64,000 nucleotides of DNA. It comes from Lophium mytilinum (Eukaryota). Under the pieces are notes generated by a model that was given only the letters and a program-made list of their open reading frames with translations, had not been told where the DNA came from and did not search any database. The stretch spans positions 1,364,001 through 1,428,000 of the forward strand of contig MU004183.1 in the NCBI GenBank assembly GCA_010093605.1, written 5' to 3'. The translations under genes and the position numbers were made by a program. Below, piece after piece: positions 1-10,627 of the stretch; the stretch's first letter is position 1; every line of letters begins with the position of its first letter.

Positions 1-1435
1 TGTTGCCAGTCAATAAGGCCCGCAATCTCGAGGGATTTTGATACTCGAATGTTGCTCATAGATAGATCTGGATGTCGGAGGACGGGTCGGTTAAGATAGT
101 TTTCCTCAGGGTAGCCCAACCACTTCGCCATTTCCAGATACTTATGAAGGGCTTCTATGTGCGGCTTATACGGTAATTTGTCGTATCCATGGACCTGTCG
201 ATAGAGAGGCTCATAATGGCGACGTGGTTTAGCGAACCGCTCAGTCCATGCAAGTTCTTTCTTGCCAACCGCATGGAAAGCTTGGGTAGAGGAGGTCCCT
301 ACAAAGGTCAGAAGAGATCATAATTTCGAAGATTGGACGCCTTGTATCAGCTCTGTACACTCTTGTCTGTTGCGGTTTCAAGTGTCTTGATGCGTGTCAC
401 AGACTTGAGCATTATCGCTTGGAACAGTCAGCAAACTTGCCGAGCCGCCACAGACAGTGGCTGGTAGGCGGCATTCGGAGATGCGGTCTGTCGCTCAGGA
501 TTTCTGTCAATGCGTTGAGGCACCTCAAGGAGTTGCAGAATGGCGTGCACGGGCCTACAGCGAGGTATTGTGAAACAGACTTACATGGACCTCGATCGAG
601 GAGAGCTAGAGAGCTTCGCTGGTCATCCCACCAGCTGTAATGAGCCATGGGGCCCATACAAAAGGCTTTATCGCCATGGCCAGGAAGCGCTACAGCCTTG
701 GCCTTTTCTTCCGAGCTCAAATCATCTGGAAAGTAGATGCTACCGCTCGCTGGGAGTTGGATAGAGAACAAGTTCTTCTCCAAGTGCACGACCTGCTTGA
801 TGATTTGACCCTGCTGCTTGAGATCCAAAGTAGGCCAGATCTCGGCAAGAGAGTCACCATCAATTTTCTCCATGACGATATATTCGGCGCCCACAGCGTT
901 GTCAGCAGTCGAAGACCACCCATACACCCGTGGGACGGGGATGTTGTGAAGGCGTAGAAACTCCATTGTAGCCACTTCGCTTGCGGTTCCGTAATGGTTG
1001 GGAACGGTGGATGGATATGGCAGCCGTGCTAGAACGCGATGGCCATCGCTGAGCGTAGCTTCGAACACCCTGTTGAAACCTCCTTCGGCAAGTTTGATGA
1101 ACGAAGTCACGTTGGAAGCGCTCTGGCCGATTGACGATGCCATGACAGATTTCAGTGCTGGGATATTGAACTTCAAATAACGTTCCTTCATCCTCAATGG
1201 CTCATTGTAGCTACTAACATCAGCAATTTGATTAACTACTATGTACGGAAGCGGAATATACTCACATCCATCTGCCAGAAGTGTACGCATACATAGACTC
1301 ATCTCCTGCTGCCAAGATAGGGGATCCGGCGACTGGCGTGGAAAAGCTTCCGAACCATCGCGGCTTGACGTTGAGGACTGTTTTGAAGTTAGTCGGATTG
1401 GGGAGGTGCTTGAGGGGGCCAAAAGATATGGCCAT
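1..1435 (-). CDS. Aminoglycoside-phosphotransferase-like (APH/Aim9-like) kinase-fold protein, 3' end runs off the window
   Basis: Exons 1435-1266, 1210-585 and 298-<1, joined by GT-AG introns 1265-1211 and 584-299. Motifs YTSGRW, KLAEGGFNRVF, ARLPYP, SEVATM, GAEYIVME, RGPW and HPDLSMSNI..IDWQ. An alternative in-frame ATG lies at 1459. Confidence 0.85.
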
Positions 1436-1777
1436 GGTAAGTAGCTTGAAGAGCTCCATGTTGAGGAAGAAAGTTAGCAGTGATGTTAGCGCATTGCCAG
1501 GTAGTGGCTGGAAGTTACTCTGGCATAGACCCAAATGCAACTCTACAAGGGCTGTTAAACTGCCACCAGACTTCAGATTGAGGCACAGCAGCTTGCATGC
1601 GGCGCACTGGTTGACGCTCAGGAGACGCACTGAAGCGGCGGGATATGGAGTAGTCAGTTAGCGCGTGACGGTTTAGGCCCCGCTTAAATAAATTATTCGG
1701 TATCAGCCTTACATTCAACACCACCTCTACTTTTTTTCAAAACAGAATCCTCACTCAGGCAAGACAACAACAGCATC

Positions 1778-3495
1778 ATGGACAATGGCATACCCAAGAA
1801 GAGGAAGCTCAACAACGGCTCTTCCTTCGCGGGAGTAGCACCTAAAAAATCGAGCTTCAAAAGCGGCCCGCCGAAATCTTCAAAGTTCTCGAACCCCTCC
1901 AAATTTTCCAAACCACATACGAAGGATAGCAAGGGCAAACGTATCAAACCATCAACTGCCACAGCTAAGCCTTCGTCCTCCACCCCGAAGCCGAAGCCTA
2001 CGAGAGCAGTCGAACTCGAAACTTCGGACTCCCCCGAGTCTGAAGCCGACGAGGATGACGCTACCGACGAAGACGAAGCAGCGGTTGCAGAGCCAACACC
2101 CGAAACCACACCTACTAGTGATAAAGAAGAGGTAGTGCGAAAGTCATTCGCGGAACTAGGCATAATAGAGAGTCTTTGTGAGGCTTGTGTGAACTTAGGC
2201 TACAAGTTCCCAACACCTGTACAGGCAGAAGCTATACCGCTCGCGATCGAAGGCCGAGACTTGATCGGTCTGGCAGAAACGGGCTCTGGTAAAACTGCTG
2301 CATTCGCATTGCCGATATTGCAGGCACTCATGGATAAGCCGCAGCCTTTGTTCGGCTTGGTGCTGGCCCCGACAAGAGAACTGGCGTATCAGATTTCACA
2401 GCAATTTGAGGCGTTGGGGTCTCTGATCAATGTGCGATGCGCGGTTCTTGTTGGTGGTATGGATATGGTGCCACAAGCTATTCAGCTGGGAAAGAAGCCT
2501 CACATCGTTGTTGCGACACCTGGAAGACTGTTGGATCACTTGGAGAATACGAAAGGCTTCTCTCTGCGTAACCTGAAGTATCTCGTAATGGACGAAGCAG
2601 ACCGACTCCTCGACCTCGACTTCGGACCCGTCCTGGACAAAATCCTCAAGGTTCTCCCGCGGGAAGGACGACACACCTATCTCTTCTCCGCTACCAGTAA
2701 GCCCTCCTACTATCTCTATCAATCCAGCCATTAACACAAACCACAGTGTCTTCCAAAATCGAATCCCTCCAACGCGCCTCCCTCCACAACCCCGCCCGCG
2801 TCAGCATCAGCAGCTCCTCGCACCAAACCGTCTCCACGCTCCTCCAATCCTTCAACTTCATCCCCCACAAGTACAAAGACCTCTACCTGATCCACCTACT
2901 CAACGACAACCTCGGCCACCCCGCCATCGTCTTCACCCGCACCGTCAACGAAACCCAGCGCCTTGCCATCGCACTGCGCACCCTCGGCTTCGGCGCCATC
3001 CCGCTGCACGGGCAGCTCTCGCAGTCCGCGCGGCTTGGATCGCTCGCCAAGTTCCGCTCCCGCAGCCGGGATATTCTCGTAGCGACGGACGTGGCGGCTC
3101 GTGGACTGGATATCCCAAGTGTGGATCTGGTGGTTAATTTTGATCTGCCGCCGGATTCGAAGACGTATGTGCACCGGGTGGGACGCACGGCAAGAGCGGG
3201 GAAGTCGGGGAAGGCGGTTAGCTTCGTTACGCAGTATGATTTGGAGCTCTGGTTGAGAATTGAGAACGCGTTGGGAAAGAAGTTGGACGAGGAGAAGGTC
3301 GAGAAAGACGAGGTGATGGTGTTGGCGGAGAGGGTAGGGGATGCGCAGAGGGAGGCTGTGAAGCAGATGAAGCTGCTGCATGAAGGTAGGGGAAAGAGGG
3401 GCGCGGTGCTCAAGGGGCGGAGAAGAGAGGGAGGTGGAGGTGGAGGTGGAGGTGGGAAGAGGGGTAGAGATGATATGGATAGGGAGGAGGGTTAG
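1778..3495 (+). CDS. RRP3: DEAD-box rRNA helicase Rrp3 (DDX47)
   Basis: Q motif, [31 protein letters not shown] and HRVGRTAR. One intron 2697-2746 (GTAAGC..TTAAC..CAG) joins ORFs 1778 and 2746. Confidence 0.93.
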
Positions 3496-3812
3496 GTTAG
3501 GTATCAGGTAGGTGATGATTACTTGCGATTGGAGAGTACGATGTTTCTTGCATATGCTTCATCAAAAGTGTCGATTATTATCGAAGACGCATAATATCAT
3601 GAGCTACCTTGTTCGATTTCGCTACGTTGTCAGACTGTGATATAGCTGCCAACTTAGCGTATATGCGTGTACGAAAGCTGTACCTACGTAGAGAAAGCGT
3701 ACTCACCCGTGCCACCATGGATCAACCATCCGCAATCCCACGAACCGCATCCATGCAGCAGATCAGGAACCTTCGCAAACCCTTAGGGTGGGGTCTTCGA
3801 ATTCCATCACCG

Positions 3813-3820
3813 TGACGTCA
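3813..3820. promoter_or_regulatory. Perfect CRE/ATF palindrome TGACGTCA
   Basis: Lies about 190 bp upstream of the small gene at 4005, with a TATA-like TATTTAAA at about 3868. Confidence 0.45.
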
Positions 3821-4004
3821 AAACCCCACAACTCACGAGAAATGTGTCTTCGCCACGGTGCGAACGGTATTTAAATCAATGAATCCAAACAGCATCGAAG
3901 CAGCTTCACATACATACTACCTACTCAACCGCTTTCCAATCCCTCAAATCTCCAACATCAAAAACCAACTCTCCAAACCCTCAAACCGCTAACCGCCATT
4001 CAAC

Positions 4005-4311
4005 ATGCCTCGCGACGGCACCGGCGCCTCCGACAACGCTGTCGAGAACACTAACAACATCATCCACGGTGCTAGCGGCGACGTGCGTTTACCCTTCCAT
4101 CATTCCCTTGTTCTCCCTTGAAGAAATTCAACTAACTCGTATCATACAGACATCACTCAACCGCGCCTCGAAAGTCGCACCTCTCCCCGAAGCGGAGAAG
4201 GGCGCGGCGTTGGAAGGCTTGAACGCGAGTGGAGGGGGAAGTGCGGGGACGAACCAGGGCAAGGGGAATGATTCGAATAAGGAGCCGCTGGTGGATCAGG
4301 TGACGAAGTAG
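4005..4311 (+). CDS. Small (79 aa) hydrophilic Gly/Asn/Ala-rich protein of unknown function
   Basis: ATG in CAACATG context. Exon 4005-4082, phase-0 intron 4083-4149 (GTGCGT..CTAAC..CAG), exon 4150-4311. Protein MPRDGTGASDNAVENTNNIIHGASGD-TSLNRASKVAPLPE...VDQVTK. Confidence 0.8.
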
Positions 4312-5395
4312 GTGTTTTGAGAAAGAGAAATGATGATGTGAGAGGGAGAGGAATTGGTGAGAACAGCTAGGGATATTACTAGTCTTTTCACCGTTATTCT
4401 TGTGGAAAGGGGCTTAGCAGAGGAGAGATGAGATCAGAGAACTGTGACAAGATGGGACTCAGATTGAAGGATAAAGGGACCATTATTGTGTGTATTCAGA
4501 AAGCATGCATTACCATCACACATTGGAATCGAGCTTTGAGAGTGTGCCATTCGCTATTCGTCGGAACATTTTGCAGTAGTACCTGCGTGGCGTACCTCTC
4601 CTTCCACCGCACTTCGCATGACCGTGCATGACATGACATCGGACTTACATGTACATACATATGCAGACGCAGCACGAAAATGCCTCACCTGAGAGCTCGC
4701 TTAGGGAATTGTTATCTTCCATACCTTTTAGACGTTACAGGTCAATGAGCTGAGGTCGGCGCGGCTTGGAGGTGGAGCTTGGAGCGTGGCGGAAGAGCGG
4801 TCTGCAAAGCGGCCTACCATTCGGAGCGTCTCTCAAGTCGACGCTTTCTAGCCTCTACAGTCTCACAGCGTGGACGGATGCTCTAGAGGTGTCGGCGTTC
4901 CCGATACCTGACGAGTGCGGTTTTGTTTAGTGCAAGGTAGGTCTAGGAACCAATGCAAAGTAGTGAGTGGGAGAGAGACACAAGAACCAATCACAAATCA
5001 ACAAAGCAGTATACGAGTATGTTTGAGAGGGGCTTGATTCATTGCTTAATGTTTCAATCTCTCTGAGGCCATTGCGCTCCTGCTGTCCAGTCAGGAACGC
5101 AACGAGCGTGATGGCCAGAACGCTTCCCGCTATTCCGAACATCGTAAACCTTCATGACAGTCCCATTTTCTAAACGCCAAAACGCCCTCATACGCCTTTG
5201 CAACTCCGCCGCCGCCTTGCATGCCTAACCCGAGAGCCTCTACGCAGATCCGCACACGTCCCTTTAATGCCCTGCTCTGAATCTCTCGGACGAAAATTTC
5301 GAGTCCGTATAAGTCCTCCCACACGCTTCCCTACTCGGTCGCTGTCAAGCACCGGTCCACCAACCAATCCCCGGGAGGCGGCGGCACTTGAGACA

Positions 5396-6471
5396 CTAAA
5401 CGACTTCGGCTGCAAGGCAAGTCTCGTCGCTAACACGCGGGGATGCCGGTGCTGCGCCAGAGTCTGCTCGCAAATCAAAGTGTTTAGCATCAAAAGGGCT
5501 ATCGAATCCATAGGGGTCGGCCGACGAGTCCGGTGCGACGAATGAGGAGTTGAAAAAGCCTTGGGTGGACTCGGCCGAGTCATCGAATCTGTCCAGGTCG
5601 AGAAAATCCTCCATATTGTCGTTGAGGAAAGGGGAAGGCTCAAGAGGATGAGAAAGGAGGTCAAAAGCTGAAAGGCCGGCCGGGGTTTTGTCATAGTCGA
5701 GAGCGCCAGGGAGTCCGACTGACACTGCAGGTCGCACAATATCTCAGCAGGATATCGTGTCGTGTCGGACTCAAAGACGGTGATTTCGCTATATGAAGGC
5801 GTGGCGGGCTGGCTGTAGGTGTCGTGGGGCGTGTCCATGCTGTCCATAGACTCGGGGCTAGGGAAGGATGTCTGGCGAGGGCAGACGGTGTTTGAGAACA
5901 GCGACTCGATCGAGGAGTCGGTCGACTCGGGAATCTGGATGCCCGACTCGACTCTTGTCTTGAGTTCGGGAGCGGCTGTTCGGTAGCCGTTGAGAAGGGC
6001 GTCCTTGAGTTTGTTTTCCCGTGTGGCTCGGGCAAGCTCTTCCTCCATTTTGTCCATCCTGGACTGCATCAGGTCTTTCTCGCCTTGTAGCTGCTCGACC
6101 TCGGCCCGTTTCCGTTCGCGAGAGTTGTGGGCAGCTAGGCGGTTGCGCTTGACACGCTCGATGCGGCGCTGCTCCTTTTCATCTTCTGTCTTGGCGCGCT
6201 TTCGTGGCGGTAGCTGGGTCTTTGGTTCAGGGAGGACTTGGCCCCACGACTTCCGCTTTTTGGCAGGCTTAGCCGAGCCGTCCGGCATCGGCGAGGAGGT
6301 CTCGGGGGAGGGTGAACCCTGGTACTGTGTCTGAAGGTCCTCCATCTTGATGCCGGTGTTGTCGAAGGGGGAGGGCGAGGCTGACTGGAAAGAAAGGCTG
6401 TCGTGATTCATCATGTCGGTGTTGGATGTGATTGGTGTGTAATGCGGCGTAGTGATCTGGTCGGTGCCCAT
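5396..6471 (-). CDS. hac1: UPR bZIP transcription factor Hac1/HacA (Ire1-spliced form stops at 5396; unspliced frame stops at 5188)
   Basis: KKRKSWGQVLPEPKTQLPPRKRAKTEDEKEQRRIERVKRNRLAAHNSRERK bZIP signature, plus YPAEILCDLQCQ at the unconventional intron. The start could alternatively be the ATG at 6414. Confidence 0.95.
5728..5747 (-). other. 20-nt unconventional Ire1-cleaved intron of hac1
   Basis: Minus strand reads TATCCTG|CTGAGATATTGTGCGACCTG|CAGTGTC, i.e. two CNG|CNG sites 20 nt apart. Removal shifts into the acidic frame (..TRYPAVSVGLPG..) of ORF 5396-5737. Confidence 0.93.
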
Positions 6472-8312
6472 AAAAATGGTTGACTGCAACCTTGGATATG
6501 CTGCATTTGGATGGGCGATGGTGGACAGATATCAGCATCAGCTTGAGGACACGGTGGCCCTTTATGTGCCAGGCAGCGGCCAAGGGGGCGGCGGCGAGTC
6601 GAGCCTAGCCGAGCTGGGATGGTGCTCGGGGCTTGTGAGTCTACTTTTAGTGCCACAGTGCCGTGGAAGGCGCCCCCTGGCGACCCCCTGGTCCCACTGC
6701 TCCTTCCACACAGGTCCTGCGTCCCTCCACCCCGAACACCCACAACAGGCCCGTCGATGCATCTCGACGCTGATAGTTTCACCATCCGCCGCGGCTGCGT
6801 CCTCGAGATCCGCTTCTGCTGTCTATATCTGCATGGCCGCGGCCAGCGTGGGGAATATGGAGCTAGGAGGCGCGTCCGACGGACGATCCACTCAGGAATC
6901 GCTGACCTTCTCCTTGCTTCTGCAGCTGCCTGCCCATCCAACACACGGCCTGCTGTTTCACCGTCCGACGCAGCGTCACTGGCCTCAGGGGGGCGACTCG
7001 GGCGTCTCGGGTGCGCCAATTGCGTTGCCTAGCCCGCAGCTCCCTTCTCCAATTATGGATGCCTTCAAAGAATTCGTCAGCGCTGTCGTGATGCAGCCGC
7101 ACACATCAGCGTCGTCCTTTTTTCAGCCCATCATCGCCGCTGCTACATTATTAGCACGCCGTGTTGGCGTCAGACAAAGACCGTATCGCCGGCTCGTCTA
7201 TTAGGCCCACGTTCGTCTCACATCAGGCTTCTGCTTTGTGTGAGCAGATTAGGCATGTGCCTGCAATTAATTTAGGTGACAGCATTAACGAGCCATGGCT
7301 GCTGTTATCATCGCTGTCCGAATTGCACCACGTCCTTCCTGCTTTGTGTCCAGCAATAGACAATCAATCTGCAACATCGTCCAGACTGGCCTGCCTTCCA
7401 GCCTTCAGTGCATACGACGTCCTTTGTGGTGCGTAGCACTACTATACGCGTCTCCCGCCGTCCCGGCGTACCGCGGGCGGTCCCTGCAGAACCTTGAGTA
7501 ATTACGCATCCGTTCCTCGCGTGACTCCACGATGATAGCAATTTGGGGTTAATTGAACCCGGAGACTTTGTTCACAATAGGTACCGATGTCCATATCTGG
7601 TTGCAACGCTAGCATTTTGTGGAGTTGCAATCTGGGGACTGTTTCCAGAATATTCTTTGACTTCCGCACTCTATTCAGTACCTAATTCGTCTTAATCAAT
7701 TCCCTCACTTTATGTCACGTTTTTCCGTGATCCACGTCACGAGTTACCTGTGTGACACCTCTTCTTCCCTAGTCATTTGATTTTCTGCGAACATTTGCAA
7801 ATCCTTGATGCACAGGAACTGGTGGTATTCAGACTCCGTGTGATCCTGCTGTTGTTTCATCTTCCGCTGTCTCATTTGCCGACGCCCAACACCAACTGTG
7901 AACCCATCCTCCCGCGTCCCGCAGACCTCACGACCTCGCCGCATCCATCACTCCTCCCGCTGCAAACTCCTGCCGACATGCCATGCAACCCACGGTCCGG
8001 ACCGTTCTCCCCTTCGCGCCTGTTCCTGCGCCTGCGGTGCGGCACCTGAAACCACAGCTCCTGCAACCGCAGTTCAAGTGCCGAATGGTTGCCAAGGTGC
8101 ATGAGCCTTGCCGCACTCGCCCCTTACATGTAGGCCTAGACGGACTCTTACAACTCCCTCGACGACCAAGTCCAAGATATGCAACACCACTGTCGAATAG
8201 AACCCCAAGCCCCCCACTATACCAACGGTCGCTGCCCCTCATCCCACTTGACCCCTCTATCACTATCGCCAATGTGGGATCGAAGCGGCACATAAAACAC
8301 CAACTTCTCAGG

Positions 8313-8603
8313 ATGTCTAGACCAGCTCTTACCATGCTTCCGACAACCGGCCACCATCGGGACAAAGGCATTGGTAACCAACAAGCGGCGTAGCGCAAGC
8401 TTCGGCCCAAAATCATTTGATAATCAGTGAGCGGCACAGAGTGACGAACAAGCAAGCTAGACCTCACCAGCCTCCTTTTCGGTCCCCCGACCGTAGGCCG
8501 CAGACCCAGACCTCGGCGTGAGAATATCACCATGACGACTATCCCACATATAGCCAACCTCCGCCCGCTGCGCCCTCAGAGTTTCATGGGACGAGGAGGA
8601 TGA
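8313..8603 (+). CDS. Possible small spliced ORF (67 aa; 177 aa if started at the in-frame ATG at 7983), unknown function
   Basis: Frame-preserving GT-AG intron 8374-8460 with a weak branch site, followed by a G/T-rich 3'UTR-like tract. No family recognised. Confidence 0.25.
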
Positions 8604-9654
8604 GATGGCGATGCGATGAGGTGAAAATAGGTGGCTAAGGTAAGACATTTGAGCCTTGGTTGGAGATGAGTCAAACGTGGATGGATGGGCGAGGTGGCTA
8701 TGTATATGAGGTCAAGTGGGGGGTTTGGGTGGTGTTTTTGCGGGGTGGTTTGAAGTCGGGTTTGCTTCGGCTAGGCCTCGAGCTTGTTGGGGATTGTACC
8801 AGAGTTTGACGCGAAGAGTAATGTTTTTAAAAAGGGAAGTGGTGGTGGATGTGGGCTTTCTGGGTTGTGGAGAGGTGAGTCCATGGAGGTTATAGACGTG
8901 GGGAAGGTAAGTATTTCTGGAGCGTTCCTTTTAGAGTCGTTTGTTTTAGAGTCGTTCATATTAGAAGCGTCGCAGGTTCTTATTTCGTATCTCATTCTAC
9001 TCTCGTTATTCTGGAATAGGGCAGTGCATTGAGGTACCTCAAGAGGCTGTAGACCGTTCCAGCCTCAACGTCGATGCTCATCATACGAAAATCGGCGATT
9101 TTACATATCTTTTGTACCGCCAAAAAATGCAGTTGTTGGAACACCTCAAACACTGTAGCGGCTTTCAGATCCTCGTCGTCGACGATTTGATATCCGATGT
9201 CATTCCCTTTACATCACACACCCGAAATCCTCAGTGTATTAAGGCACCTCGAACGCCGTCAAAACTTCCAGCTCTTCAAATGTCAAGAGCCCGATTTGCG
9301 CCCTCGGTCAAAATAATTCGCCGATAGGACCTGATTGCATGGTAGCGAATTCGGTTCCCATCAAATCTAGCGAACAAAAGCGACCCTTCGAAGTCGCCAT
9401 AAGCACGCAATCTGTCCTCTGTGCTCTACGCTTTTCGAAGCGAGAGATTGCTGGTTTGGGTAAAGCATTTCTTGGCATCACTTTGAAGGACGTCATGATC
9501 ACATGGGGACAAGGAAAACTGAGCAAGGAGATAGTCTATTATCGGGTATCCTCTAGAGAGAGCTCTAGGGTCGCGCCTTAATAGAACTCACTTGGTATGT
9601 AAGTGTGGATGAAAGGAAAATCGGAGGGGTATCTTGTGATCTTTGGAGGGTTAG

Positions 9655-10080
9655 TTAGTGAGTTGGAGGCACCCCGACGTCGCCATCCCTGAGGTAAGTG
9701 CTGTAGGTAAGTTGGGTATAACAGAGCTTCTTCTCAGCCTGCTCTAGCATATCCTTGCAGACTCTCTCCACCTCCGCTTCGAGATCCTCCGCCTTCGTAT
9801 CGAACTTGCCAACGGCTAAGTCGCCATGAGTGCCGTACTTCTTGATGAACTTCAGGAGCACAGATGCCGTGGCTTGCCTGTTGGCTTGCAACTTAATTAT
9901 GAGATACCTGCCATCAATCTTCTCTCCCACATCGAGCCTCACTTGGCTGTTTTCATCGCTCACCTTGTTCTGTGGAGGGACGATGCGTCTTCCGGGGACA
10001 CTAGCTCCTAAGAACCTCTGGACCAGATTGTATGAGCTTGCTAAGCCATCCATCGCCTTCTTGACTGTCCAGCGGGCCAT
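9655..10080 (-). CDS. Small fungal hypothetical protein (about 141 aa)
   Basis: Uninterrupted ORF with protein-like composition (RRIVPPQ, VRLDVGE, LQANRQA, GTHGDLA). Divergent from the APH gene at 10628. Confidence 0.65.
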   Translation of the reverse strand: MARWTVKKAMDGLASSYNLVQRFLGASVPGRRIVPPQNKVSDENSQVRLDVGEKIDGRYLIIKLQANRQATASVLLKFIKKYGTHGDLAVGKFDTKAEDLEAEVERVCKDMLEQAEKKLCYTQLTYSTYLRDGDVGVPPTH

Positions 10081-10627
10081 GTTATCAGAGTAGCTTGATG
10101 ATGACACCCAATATCTTGTTGTTTTCGAAGTAGGTTCGTGTGCTGAGGCACCTCGGGCCGCTGTGAAGGATCGATGTAGCTACTTCTAGCCGCTCAGAAT
10201 CTGGCTGGGAAGTTGAAAAGACTGGAGAGCACCCTTCAGATCTGTTAGCAACAAAAGAGACCATGGAGGCATAACCCCTACCTCTGAAGGCCTTACGCAA
10301 GGCGGAAAGTGTGAACTATTGGCTGCTCGATGCTGTTTCGACACCGAAGACCAAGATTAGTGATGCTCCGAATGCCAGATCTTTGTATCTGTGTCAGTAT
10401 ATTTGAAAGACAACTATAGATATAGAAGCTCCTCAACTTGCACCGTGAAGTGTTCTGTGTTAGCTGCCGTTGCTGGCCGCTCAATGCCCTGGCCAATGAT
10501 ACGTCGCATGACCATCCACTGGACCGTGCGTCACTATTCCGGGCTCATCTACTTCTCTTCGAACATTCATCACCAACCATGACATTTCTTTCCTCAACTC
10601 TTTCACATAGTTTCCCTTGCCGCTGCG

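Noticed and set aside
1693..3413. Minus-strand ORFs 1693-2163, 2883-3413 and 2896-3381
   Set aside because: Antisense shadows of RRP3, as are most short ORFs overlapping the called genes.
6452..7204. 250-aa and 202-aa ORFs upstream of hac1
   Set aside because: GC-rich promoter/leader sequence with non-ATG starts and no recognisable motifs.
9308..9400. LDLMGTEFATMQSGPIGELF, faintly beta-tubulin-like
   Set aside because: Too short, followed by a stop, and no other tubulin motifs nearby on that strand.
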